From NCBI GenBank assembly GCA_051362555.1, contig CM120643.1, positions 28,462,848-28,526,847 of the forward strand: 64,000 bases of DNA. The letters are read 5' to 3'. How positions within the stretch are numbered: position 1 is the stretch's first letter; the number at the start of each line of letters is the position of its first letter. Source of the DNA: Lingula anatina (lineage: Eukaryota > Animalia > Brachiopoda). A program made the position numbers and the translations under genes. Under the pieces are notes generated by a model that saw only the letters and a program-made list of their open reading frames with translations, was not told the DNA's origin and ran no database searches. Positions 51,056-64,000 of the stretch are shown here, one piece after another.

Positions 51056-52867
51056 GCTTCATTTTCTTGTTGGTTGAGGACAGGCACGCATAGTCATGTG
51101 CATTTTTCTCATTTGGTCGCTGTCAGTCATAATTAAGCCTCATATAAGCCATGAACGTCATGTCATTCACGACGGTATGTTGTTATTTTGGTCAATCTTA
51201 GACCATGTTCGCCTAGTCTTAGATTCGTCTCGTCTGGGTACGGTGTATCGTGTTTACTTTTCAGTTAATCTTTCGGCATTATGCTTTGGTATGTCATTTG
51301 TCATACCAAGCCTAAATTATGATTAATAATAAAAATAAATTCTTATCAAATTATCTTAATACTCATGCATCACGGTGCATGACCTTTTGGCTTATTCGAA
51401 ATTTCTAAACTTACTATGACAGGAACTATGGTTTTTACAAAGTTCCTAATAACATTTTCAAGGGTTTTCCTCAATGAGAATTCTTTTAAACTTTTCGATA
51501 AGAGAGCGGGATCATTAAGGATTTCCTGTACTGTATAATTAGTAGAGTTTAATTTCGTGTGAAGTTTTGTTATAATTAATGTAATGCAAGCACTTGAGCT
51601 TAAAGTAGCCAATCATCCGAAAGTCGATACAGCTGTTGAAGCTGCCAATGGTGGAGACAACATGAACGTTGCTGCGGTCCAGTATGCTAGAAGGCAAGTG
51701 ACGTCCTCGATGGAGACCCCCTATAAGGGCGGAGAAGTCCAGGAGCCACAATTCGAGCGACGCATTCCCGATGAAGAGCGCCGTCTGTGGTAGAGTCTGC
51801 TAGGACATGCTGCACCCTGTCCAACGTAGTGGCTCGAGGTATCGTAAGGTTCACGTTGCATAACCTAGCGTGCCTCGAGCCCCAAGAGAGATGCCAACTA
51901 GACAAGAAACCGAGAAAATGCTGACTGAAAGCTGGCGCCGATAATTAGAGGCGTGGGTTGCTAAGAGGTGATGCCATGTAGAAGAGGGACACTGGTCCCG
52001 TGTTGTGCCCGGCCGAGATGGTCGGAAGAGGACAAGGTCCTATGTTGTGCCCGGCCGAGATGGTCGGAAGAGGACAAGGTCCTATGTTGTGCCCGGCTAA
52101 GATGGTCGGAAGAGGACAAGGTCCTGTGATGTGCCCGACTTGGCCAGTCGGATGAGCGGTTCCAGACCTGGGGTCTGATGGTTTTTTTTCTTTAGTTTTC
52201 CTTTTTTTTAAGAGTACCGACTGTTTGTCGGAAGTAATGGTTCCAGACGAGAACGACTGGCAGAACCCGCCCAGTAAGACCTTACCGCAATGGTGATGTC
52301 CTCAGCGATTAAAGAGGGCTGTATGACAGTCAGCATGAAACTAAATTCTAGACGGGCAGTGTCAGCAGACGTTCCCATGAACATCCAGGCTACGAGAATT
52401 GTCATCCCCAGACCAGACGCTACCAGAGTCCAGAGGCTACTAAAGACGTTGCGATTGAAACTAAAAGACTTTAGCTTAACAGTTGTTGTTACTACTGAAC
52501 TTTGATTGATATACGTGGTAATCGAAATGTACCTTTGTGCAATAATTGAGCTCGGTGAGACGCTACCTGAACGTTGAGGACCGAAAAATGACTTTAATCT
52601 TCGCAAAGAAAGAGCTCAGAGAAATATTACTAGAACATTGTGACTAGAACTATGATCTAAGGCTTTATTCAAAGCAACGCTACCAAAAATGAGAGACTTA
52701 GTGGTTAACGAAGTGCTTGCATAACTTTAATTCACTGTAACATTATCTTTTTATTTTAGATTTTGTTTTCAATAAAATGTTTGTACCCAAATCCACTCTT
52801 GTCATTAGCTTGGGATATACTTTCCCACGGGAGCGCAACATCCGCCCCGATCCCGAACTCGAACGGC

Positions 52868-55800
52868 TTCAGCTTCAGATCCTGCATGTTAACGACACAC
52901 TGAGGATAAAACGTGACCAACACCCAGCACTAAGAGCTGAATGGGGACGCATGTTCAGGGCACTGGACACAGAAAAGCAAAAGCCAGAAAGTATGGGCCA
53001 TGAGATCTTTTTTTGATAAAAAGAAAAGAGTAATTACCAAAGATGGTGAGGTAATCGACCGTTGGAGTGCAAATTTTGTATAAGCGAGCAGAACAGAAAG
53101 TTGACTATAGTTACATGGAATATAAATTCTGTAAAAAATTAACTAGAAAATAAAAAGGTGCAAGAACTTTTAAGTTTATATGATATAATTTGTTTAAATG
53201 AAATTAAGTCTAATGTTGAGTTCTCCTTACCAGGATACCATACTTATATGAGTAAAAATGAAAACGCAAACCGAGGAGGTTGCGGTGTTCTCATAAAAGA
53301 TTGGTTAAACAGATCTATAATTGAACTTGTGTGTGGTAAAGACGACTATATTAATTTCAGACTAAAGGAACACCCACAAGTAATATTTGTGGCTATTTAT
53401 ATTGCACCAAATAGTTCACCATACTTTTCAGTGGGGGTGTTAGCTGATTTGAGTGCACTCCTCATGAATAGACCTAACCATACTTTTATAATAGTGGGAG
53501 ACACAAACTGTCGATTTTCTTATTTGAGAGAAAGATTTGTAGACTCCATAAGGGGAATGTTTCCTGATGCTCGGTATAGTGAGTCGCCTGATAAATTAAG
53601 GATTCCTAACGAAAATGCACGACTTGTAACCGGGATTGTAAAACCATTAGTATTACTAAACGGTTTATGTTTTAACAACGTGCAATTACCACTAAAACTA
53701 ACATTTAGACAAAGGAATCGATGGGTCTCAGAATTAGACCATTGCTTTGTCTCACCGCGCCTCGTAGCCGCAACATCTAACATGATAATTCATAACAGCG
53801 TGGATTTACCATCGAACCACGCCCCAGTAGGCATTACTTTTTTAAGGAAAAGCTCTCATCAACCGCAGACATCCTGAACTCTCTATTGTACCGCGTATCA
53901 CAGCTAAATGATCATACACCGACAAGGGACACACACCCATCATCATGTAGTGATCGACAAGTTAAATGGACTGATATTGATTCTACCTTATTTAAGGAGA
54001 TTCTGGGAAGGGCCGAACCGCCGAATCTACGTTCATATGATAACTTGGACCAGGTTTTCTACGAAACTGACTGCATTATGAGATCAAGTCCAATAACAAA
54101 CCGCTGGGAAGCGCTTCACAACATGAATGATCATCGCAAGATATGGCAGGCGATCGGTTGGAGTGGGACGCCAGAATTAAATGATGCAGAAAAAAAGCGA
54201 CCGACTGACGAGGATTTCAAGGAGCATTTCGAAAAGCTGCTTTCACCTAACGACGCTGAGCCCGTGTTCACGCCGCTCCCAGGGGAATGCCCTTACATAC
54301 CAATGACTGATGACCAAATTACTAAGAATGAGGTACGGGACGCCATTAAAGCAGTTCAACCGAATAAAAGTGGAAGACCTTCCCGCCCCCCCCCCCCCCC
54401 CGGAATACTTAAGACCTTGCCACAGCGGTGGATAACTTTTCTAGTACTCACATTTTCTATTATTGTGAGCATCACATTGATCCCAGCGAAATGGGCGTTG
54501 TCCCGCTTAGTTATACTATATAAGAAAGGACCTATAACGGACACTGGAAATTACACGGGTATTGCAGTTGTGGACACATTTGCTAAACTGTTTGATGTTA
54601 TACTATGCAAACGTTTAGAATGATGGTTTAAACCCGAAAGAGAGCAGGCGGGCTCTCAGAAGGGAAGAGGGTGCCTAGAGCATATAGTAACTCTACGATT
54701 GGCTAATGATTATGCTATGTCCAAAAAAGAAAAACTGTATATAGTTTATGTGGGTTTTGTTAAAGCATACGACAAAGTCCCACGTGGGGCGCTCATCCGT
54801 AATTTAATCCGCTACGGTTGTGGATACTCTATGGTAAAAATATTAGCCGCAATCTATAGTAACACTAGCATGGCTCTGGGTGCAGCCAATGTACCAGCTT
54901 CGCTATATGTGCGGCAAGGATCTCCAACGCGCTGCTTTTTATTCACTCTGTTTATCAATGACCTAGTGAGGGAGTTAAGAAAGTGCCAAAACAATTCTGT
55001 GCCCAGTCAGGGATGGAGATGAATCAGAGCAAAACTAATATAATGGTTATAAACGGTACCGTTGAAGATAAGGAGGACCTCGAGGTGGAAGGTCTAACAT
55101 TTAAGACCTGTCACAAGCATTGTTATCTCGGAGCAATGTTCACTCAAGATGGAAAAAGTGATACAGCAGTAAGGCCCCTATTTCACACAGACCACGAATC
55201 CCACGAATCGCCAGGAATTGACAAAATTCAGGATTCGTGAGGATTCGTGAGGTTTTGCCAATTTTCTGGTCTAATTCGACACGCTCACGATTCAGTTACG
55301 ATACAGGTACGATAGTGTTACGAATATTCGTGGGATTCGGCTGGAATCGTGAGATTTTGCCAATTTTCTGATCTAATTTGACATGCTCTACGATTCAGTT
55401 ACGATACAGGTGCGATAGTGTAACGAATATTCGTGGGATTCGGCTGGAATCGCACGAATATTATCCAGAAATTCACGAAGATTTTTTTGGAATCGGGAGT
55501 TCGTGGCCAAAACTTTGAACAGCTCAATTTTTTTGCCACGAATTCCCGATTGATCAAGAATTGCAAGAACTGACTACGATTATATACGAATCTGTTAGGA
55601 ACTTCACGAACTGATTACGATTCAACCACGAATCCTGAAATTTTCAATTCCTGGCGATTCGTGGGATTCGTGGTCTGTGTGAGATGGGGGCATCAAAGTT
55701 TTTGCCACCAATTCCTGTCGGTCAAGTAGTGCAAGAACTGACTACGAATACGTACGAATCTGTTAAGAACTTCACGAACTAATTACGATTCAACCACGAA

Positions 55801-56866
55801 TCGTGAAATTTGTCAATTCATGGCCATTCGTGGGATTCGTGGTCTGTGTGAAATAGGGGCATAAGGGAACAAATGGACAGCAGTGTCAAGTTATGAAATA
55901 TACAACATTTGTTACAAAGAACGTTGATTTCCCCTTCAGCATAAAGAGGAAGGTGCTCGACGCCGCATTGTCTGCATCCATTCTTTATGCATGCGAGTCA
56001 TGGATAGGAAACAGTTTAGATACGGCAAACCCCATGTACATAAACAGTGTAAAAGCGTTATTAGGTGCACGGGCATCAACGAGAAACGACACCTGTCTCC
56101 TCGAATTGGGCTTGCCCACACTAAAGGCACGCGTAATGGATGCTCAACGTAATTTTCTGGTGAAATTGTTGCAAGAACGCAAAGACATGGAGGACGACCC
56201 TTTCATATTTATGTGGAAAACTTGTGCAGATGCTAAGACAAAAGCGTCGACGTACTATCTGAAAGTGTTAGCAACATTCGATCATATTTGAAAACCTAAA
56301 AAAATCAATTTAAAAATTCGAATCAAACAAAAGCAACGACTTATTTAGAAATGAACCCCAATCTGGAAGTGTGGGATATGTACGCAAACCGCTTCGATAT
56401 CCTGGAATATCTACGCATAGCTACCACTAGGTTTAGGCTAAGTTCTCATAGATTGGCAATCGGAACCGGCTGTTGGTGTCGTAAAGAGATGAACGGACGT
56501 GTCTGCAAGTGTGGGGAAATGCAAACAGAGCTACATGTTATAAGCAAATGCGAGCTCACATCACATATCAGTGACGCGTTCAGCCTACCCTGAGCTGGTA
56601 TATACATCCTTAGGGGAACTATTTTCAAAGAACAATTTGCACTTAGTCGTTTCATACGTATACAAGGCCTTGAAAATATCAGAAACGTAGCTTTTAAAAA
56701 CGGTGTACCGAACTATAAGTTTTTGTCATGGTATTGTATTGCGCTACATATTACACTTGTAATGCCTATATTGTTCATTTATCCCTGTATGTAATGTTCT
56801 GCTCGTTAGATATTTATTATGTAATCATACGCATACAGTGATGATAATAAACTACTACTACTACTA
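52868..56866 (+). mobile_element. 5'-truncated APE-type LINE (Proto2/RTE-X-like), degenerate
   Basis: ORF1 C-terminus to the stop at 53083. APE motifs TWNINS, DIICLNEI, GDTN, ELDH, SNHAPV. RT motifs NYTGI, EQAG, KAYDKV, VRQG. C-terminal RLSSHRLAI..CKCG..ELHV..C. AATAAA plus a (CTA)5 tail. Confidence 0.9.
55173..55861. mobile_element. Harbinger-type MITE inside the LINE RT, with a duplicated right end
   Basis: TIR gcccctatttcacacagaccacgaatcccacgaat, TAA TSD (55170-55172, 55862-55864). Removal restores DTAVREQMD. Confidence 0.88.
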
Positions 56867-57429
56867 GGCGGGACGGAAATTTAAGCCGGATTATCTGACA
56901 GTAATCTAGTGAGACTCCCCACGGGGATAGATCGATCTAAAATCTCTGGGAATACACGCTTTGTCACATTTATTTTATAAAATAGTCACATTATTAAGTA
57001 GCTTATAAAATTTATATCGTGAATAATTTATACTTCTAAAACTGTTAATATCGGTCTCCTGTGTATTGTTACCTAGGAATATCATTAAATATCTCTTTCT
57101 ACTCTGTTTACTGCATCAAGAGTTGACGGAATTTCATATCGTTTTGGCCCATTACTTTCTGTACTAAAAGAGATATACGCATTTGATTACTACTTGGCCG
57201 TTTATAAATCAAATTTTTGAAGATAGATACACAAAAGAAGATTGATTCTCTATACATTTATAATTAATTCTCTCTACATGTATAATAATTAATTATCTAT
57301 ACATTTATAAACCAACAAAATACTCCAAAACTCTATGTTTACTGTAGAGGTTTGGAAGCAGAACAGCTAACATAGTTTTTTTCACACGTGTCCACCTGTC
57401 GTGTCAGCTGAACGTTCTTACTTCCGACG

Positions 57430-58118
57430 GACAAGAGAATGTAACCTAATATATGCAGGTGTGACATGTGACATTGTCTTTCACACCCGTGCAGTTTACC
57501 TGTGTAATTCCGGGAAAGCCAGTAAGTGGACAAAAGGGAAAAGATATCGGACTGATAGTATCGGACACTACCCGTACATTTCACACCTCTACAACTTACC
57601 TCACTACTTCCGCCCTTCGCGTGATCAGTACAGCAGTATGTCGAGTAAAATGTTGACACTGCTGTCATGTTAATATTCAAATTTTCACCCACATAAATAA
57701 TTCGACAACGCACCTCTGCTACGAACTTTTTTGGGCTCTAGGAGCTGTTTGCTTCTTCTTTTGGACGGCTGCATCATGCACACATCCTGCAGGTAAGACT
57801 TTCGTCGGCAGCGCTCTTGCAATTAATACTGTCGCATTTTGGTACTCCGAAAAATCGAATATACAGGGTACATCATCGCTTCGTTTTCTTCGTTCTATTC
57901 CACCGCACCGTTCACCTCGCAGGTCACGTAAGGAGCATTCGGGCTCTAAGTGGTCGCTACCGATCCTTGCATGTTTTGACACTATGCTTGGTATTTTAAC
58001 TTCAGAGAATTGAGCAAAATGTTCGTTTTGCGGCATCCGCAGTTAGGACAAAATAACAGATGTTTTTCTTATCGTAACCTAGATTACGACACCGGAGTGC
58101 AACGTAACCTTGCGGCAT
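57430..58118 (-). pseudogene. Decayed THAP-domain transposase remnant (Kolobok-like)
   Basis: MPQGYVALRCRN..., 'SKHARIGSDHLEPEC..RDLR' and 'VPCIFDF' match THAP CxxHF and AVPTIF positions. Downstream 'GCERQC......G.IL' follows. Confidence 0.65.
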
Positions 58119-58691
58119 TTTGTTTCACTGATACCTGGATGTTTAGTGACCTATCTATATACGGCTATACTCAGGGCCGTAGCCTGAGCAAAATGCCAGG
58201 GGGTGCAGTAAGTGGACACGAGGGGGCGAAGCCCCCTAGGGGGGAGGGCGTGGAAATTTTTTAAAAACTGTATGTATAATACTGCATTCTGATGCATTTT
58301 TACTGTTATTTATTGCTCAATCAGTAGTCAGAAATTGTGGGTTCATTTTGTCATAAGTACAGTCATTTTTTCAACACAACTCGCCAATTAATAATCAATA
58401 AATAATCTTTAAAAAATCAATATTACTTTTTGTACTACACTAATGTGGGTTATATATTTAGATATTACTATTAAGATATATTGATCCTTTCTCAGCAAAT
58501 GACGTGATTTTTTATGAAAAAATAAAGGGTAAATAAATATAAAATTTCAAGTATAGCAGAATAATGGTAATGCACATTACCCCTCTATTACACGTCTTGT
58601 TTACATTTATAATTGTGAAATTTCCTACAATCCTCCTATGTAGGAAACATCCCATAATAACAAGTTGTTGTCAGCAAGATGAAATGGTTAG

Positions 58692-58877
<186 letters not shown>

Positions 58878-58993
58878 TAAGCACATCGTTTATTTTGTTT
58901 CTTTTGCTACTCAATTTAAGCATAAAACATGTAACCCATTTCTAAACAAAACCTGCTAATGTCAAATAATTTGATATGGCTTACAAATTCCAG

Positions 58994-59178
58994 CCCCAAG
59001 AATTCAGTTTCCTTTTACGGCGCTCATTTCGGTGGAGGTACTGGTCACATTGTAATGGATAATGTCGCCTGCTCTGGTGACGAATCCTCTATCCTAGATT
59101 GCGGACACAATGGTTGGAGGGCACACAACTGTTATCACTCTGAGGATGCTGGTGTCAGATGTGTCTCAGCAGGGCCTG
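58994..59178 (+). CDS. SRCR domain 1, exon b
   Basis: 185 nt, phase-compatible, [48 protein letters not shown]. Confidence 0.92.
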
Positions 59179-59365
59179 GTGGGTGAACAGAGTGTTTTCT
59201 TAATTTACAAGTTTTAGTCATGTTACAAAATGGCATTTACATTATTTTTTCCATGGACCGGAGGGATTATCATAATGGTGTTTAAATTATTTTCGAATTG
59301 GGCACGATTTGTATGCCTCGTTGCATGTGAAACAATGCGTAAGCAAATTGTAAATGCCTATATAA

Positions 59366-59539
<174 letters not shown>

Positions 59540-59653
59540 TAAGCACGCCGTTTATTTTTTGTTTCTTTTGTTACACTCTTTAATCGTAAAAGTGTTATTC
59601 ATTTTTTTTAATCTGGCTATGTCAACTAATTTGATGTGGCTTACAAATTCCAG

Positions 59654-59838
59654 CCCAAATGTTTCTGTATCCTTTTGCGTCGATTATATCAACCAAGGCA
59701 CCTTTTCCATTCTTATGGATAACGTTGCATGCAATGGAAGTGAGACCTCTATCAAAGATTGCAGTCACAATGGTTGGGGGTCACACGACTGCGATCACTC
59801 TGAAGATGCTGGTGTCAGATGTCGCACAACAACAACTG
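59654..59838 (+). CDS. SRCR domain 2, exon b (divergent)
   Basis: 185 nt, [38 protein letters not shown]. Confidence 0.9.
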
Positions 59839-60452
59839 GTGGGTGAATAGTCATGCTACATAATGGTATTTAAATTATTTTTGCCATGGACCCGAGTCTT
59901 ATGCGCTAGTTAACAACTTAAATATACTCAAAAACGTTAAAGATGCATATAAAGACTTTTTTGCCACAAAATGCAACCAAATGCCAGCATATAGTTTCAA
60001 GTAGTATTACTTAGAGAGTTGCCAATAGGCATTGTTTAATTGAAAATGATGCTATATGTCAATGGGACAGAAAAGTAGGTTACGAAAGTAGGTTAAATCT
60101 ATGACCAAAAATATAAGGAAAGGAGCAGTCTCAAGCTCCTTTACATGTGATTGAGTGATCTGTTCAGTTTATCTCTTCACATGTCTAATTTATTTGAGTC
60201 GTATAAGAAACTATTAGAAATGGTTTATATGTGTTACTGGGAATCCACGCTCCACCGATGATCGGTTCGTGTGTAATTTTAAGATAAATATAATATAATA
60301 TAATATAATATAATATAATATAATATAATATAATATAATATAATATCATTAAGTTCACATAAAAAAGCAATGTTTCCACATTTTGCTAGCGTCATACTCA
60401 AAATGAACGTTAAAATCATCCAGTTTGAAAGAAACAATGTGTGACAAAATAA

Positions 60453-60641
<189 letters not shown>

Positions 60642-60761
60642 TAAGCCCATCGTTTATTTTATGTTTCTTTTGCTACTCATTTTAAACATAAAGAATGTTA
60701 CCCTATCAAAAAAAAAAATCCTACTAATGTCAACTAATTTCATGTGGCTTGCAAATTCCAG

Positions 60762-60946
60762 CCGAAAGTATTCAATTTCCTTTTACGGCGCTCATTTTGG
60801 TCGAGGTACTGGTCACATTATAATGGATAACGTCGCCTGCTCTGGGGAGGAATCATCTATCCAAGATTGCGGACACAACGGTTGGAGGACACACGACTGT
60901 GATCACTCTGAGGATGCTGGTGTCGGATGTTTCGCAGCAGTACCTG
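60762..60946 (+). CDS. SRCR domain 3, exon b
   Basis: 185 nt, [48 protein letters not shown]. Confidence 0.9.
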
Positions 60947-61073
60947 GTTGGTGAACAGACAGTTTTCTTAATGTACACAGTTCAGTCATGCTACAAAATG
61001 ACATTTACATTAATTTTGCTATGGGGGTATCATAATGATGTTTCAATTATTTTAGCATTGGGCAAATGGTTAG

Positions 61074-61256
<183 letters not shown>

Positions 61257-61475
61257 TAAGTACATCTTTTACTTTAAGGATCATTCCCACAACCCTATCT
61301 TACTAGCTGGAACGATCCACGTCCTCGTTGATTCTCGCTAAATTACGTTCAATTTGTCTTGCACACCCAGTCGTAACTTAAAGTACTTAGGTAATGTCGG
61401 GAATACTCTGTGACCAATGATGCTGTTCATGTTGCTTTGCCAGACAATTAAGCTGATTACAGTGCCTGCACCTTA

Positions 61476-61901
61476 TACCCCCGTCACACTAGAGGCAGAA
61501 TGAACAAGAATGCCGTCGGAAAGACAATTCTTTGTGCATTCCTGGATATTCAAAGAGCATTCTAAAAATTCCGGGTGCATTTCAAATAGTTTTACACATT
61601 CTTGTGGTCGGCCTGAATGTTAAAAAACTTTCGAAGTGCATTCCAAGTGGAAAATTATTGAATGGTATTTGAATAGTATTCTAACTACACTATGACTGAA
61701 TTATGACGAATACAGGCTGAATTATGTAAGAAGGTGCCTCGAATGACATGACAAAAACATTCGAGCCGGCCACAAGAATGGGTAAAAATATTTTGAACGC
61801 AATTGGAATTTTTAGAATGCTGTTCGAATAACCTGGAATGCACAAAGAATTGTACATTCGACGACATTCTCAATCATTCCGCCTTTAGTGTGACGGGGTT
61901 A
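61476..61901. mobile_element. Harbinger-type MITE in an SRCR intron
   Basis: TIR ccccgtcacacta(g/a)aggc, flanked by TTA and TAA (TSD imperfect), internal GAATG/CATTC motifs. Confidence 0.7.
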
Positions 61902-62362
61902 TAAAATCCCGCCAGAATGTTTCGAATGTACCTCGGATGAGGTGAAATATTATGTGACGATGTAGTGTGTTACTTGAGATTGTTTTACATTGCTACCGGT
62001 AGATGTCTCTATAAGTAAAGTACAGTCCGGTACGCACGTTTGAATCCCTCCCGTGATTGGTAACTTAAAGGTAAAACTGTTCACTGTATAGTTGGTTCTG
62101 ATTGGTAAACGTGTACTATCTGAACATGTATATAAAGTGTGACTTGAAATAAATCGGCCTCTTTTTTGGGGTCTCTCTTGGTCCTCTTTTGCTTTTGCGA
62201 AGGCGTAACAATTCATTTTGCCAGCAATCGAACTACACTAGTACGCCTTTCAAAGTATATTCTAAATATTCTTACTGCCTTCTTACAGCATTATAGATAT
62301 TCCTAGTTTTCCAACTACATTCGAACTGCATTTAAGAGCTAAAACAGCCGAAAGTGCACTCA

Positions 62363-64000
62363 TTATTGTACCACCAGCGTTAGCGCTGGCGGTACACATG
62401 GTTTCGGTCCCGTCCGGATCGTTCCGCCGGCTCCGCCGGCTCCGCCGGACGGCTACCGTTACCGCTTCTCCTCCTAGACGGTAAGGGCCCCCGTACCCAT
62501 CTCATGGATTTAGGTCACCTATAATCTCAACTCGTTCCACGTAAAATTTGGGCTTTGTCGGTATTGGGGTCTGGGTGTGGCACTCATTGCAATGCACCCT
62601 TGTCTAAAAATGGCAAAATTAAATGCTAATTATCTACCCTACGGAAGGAGTTATGGGAAAAATTTCTATAGACGGCTTTCCAAAAGTCATATGTGTAGAT
62701 TTCAAATATACCCTTGGATTTGACCTTTGACCTCTACTTCAAGGTCAAATGGGCCAAAATTTTCAAAAAAATGAAATTTTTTACGAAAAAAATTTTTTTT
62801 TGCCCTGTTATTCAGACACCACACAGACTTAACCAATAATATTATTGGAAAGTGTTACCCTTCAGGTCATCTTTCATCTCCATGAATTTGGGGTCAATCG
62901 GTGCATTTTCACGGGAGTAGCGGCCATAAGATACCGAAACTGAAAACTGTCTCTTATTCGGGAACCGTTAATGCTAGAGACTCATTCTTTTTTGCATTTT
63001 GTAGAGCATGTTAAGCCCAACACAGAAAGTGGTCTCGGTTTTTTTGTATTCCATACGGTTTTCGAGTTACGCTCTATCAAAAAGTACATATTGGTGGTAA
63101 AAGCAAAATGTGCAGTACGGTAATGGATAATAAATTTTGAACTCTGGAAAAATAAAACATAAGGCTTGGCAAAGCAGACAACTTGTGTTCAAAAATGACA
63201 TTATTTCATCAAATTTGAACTTCTGAAACTTCAGAGCACCTCCTATTTCAAGAATTTTGACCAAAATGACATTTTCTTTATTTTAATTAATTTTTTCTGT
63301 ACGAAATTTAAGGCACATTATGGTAACTCCAAAATTATAACATCTAGTCCCTTATATCTCCAAAACTGGCAGAGATAGGTCCATAGTTACTATTGAAGTT
63401 GAATAGGAAGTCATATACTGGCAATCTTACTATGACCTTGAAATTGACCTTTGACCTACTTTTCACCATGAACTGAACTTTGCAAATTTTTCTTCCCTTT
63501 TATCTCCAAAACTGGCAGAGATAGGTCCATAGTTACTATTGAACTTGAAAAGGAAGTCATATACTGGCAATCTAAATGTGACCTTAAAATTGACCTTTGA
63601 CCTACTTTACACCATGAACTGAATTTTGCAAATTTTGCTTTCCTTTTATCTCCAAAACTGGCAGAGATAGGTCCGTAGTTACTATTGAACTTGAATAGGA
63701 AGTCATATACTGGCAATCTATATGTGACATTAAAATTGACCTTTGACCTACTTTTCACCATGAACTGAATTTTGCAAATTTTGCTTTCCGTTTATCTCCA
63801 AAACTGGCAGAGATAGGTCCGTAGTTACTATTGAACTTGAATAGGAAGTCATATACTGGCAATCTAAATGTGACCTTAAAATTGACCTTTGACCTACTTT
63901 TCACCATAAACTGAACTTTGCAAATTTTGCTTTCCTTTTATCTCCAAAACTGGCAGAGATAGGTCCGTAGTTACTATTGAACTTGAATAGGAAGTCATAT
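62363..64000 (+). mobile_element. Helentron-associated (HINE/DINE-like) non-autonomous element carrying a satellite
   Basis: T-rich start, 5' hairpin gtaccaccagcg-ttag-cgctggcggtac (62368-62395), short (ccgccggct) repeats, TGACCTTTGACCT motifs, then a tandem array. Confidence 0.65.
63355..64000. repeat. 146-bp satellite, at least 4.4 copies, running off the window
   Basis: tatctccaaaactggcagagataggtcc at 63355, 63501, 63647, 63793 and 63939. Confidence 0.95.

Larger units (their letters stand above)
45882..52867 (+). mobile_element. Non-autonomous Gypsy-derived LTR element with giant LTRs
   Basis: Direct repeats 45882-48984 and 49612-52867, PBS directly after LTR1 (ends ..tttca), PPT before LTR2 (starts tgtaatg), interior of 627 bp. 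Confidence 0.9.

Noticed and set aside
43704-56952. A 13-kb transposon bounded by the inverted repeats at 43712-43801 and 56865-56952
   Set aside because: The left sequence already has its own partner arm within 300 bp, and no shared TSD was seen. Two separate MITE copies are simpler.

Overview
This is AT-rich animal genomic DNA, probably from a marine invertebrate, and is not prokaryotic. About 58 kb is a stack of nested, mostly dead transposable elements. It holds two BEL/Pao LTR retrotransposons (1-15987 +, ~16100-25400 -), a Gypsy element with Gmr1-type domain order PR-IN-RT-RH (26219-33708 -), and a non-autonomous Gypsy-derived element with ~3.1-kb satellite-bearing LTRs around a ~630-bp interior (45882-52867 +). 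It also holds an APE-RT LINE (52868-56866 +), several PIF/Harbinger-type elements (TAA/TTA TSD), hAT-like MITEs with 5-bp TSDs, Kolobok/THAP remnants and a Helentron/HINE-like element with a 146-bp satellite. The most unusual feature is a non-coding 2-5 kb family with TA TSDs and almost no TIRs. It has three copies, each inserted into an LTR-retrotransposon pol gene in the same orientation relative to that gene. The only clear host gene is a run of group-A SRCR exon pairs (58738-61255 +). Boundaries and TSDs were read by eye, and family names are motif-based with no database search.
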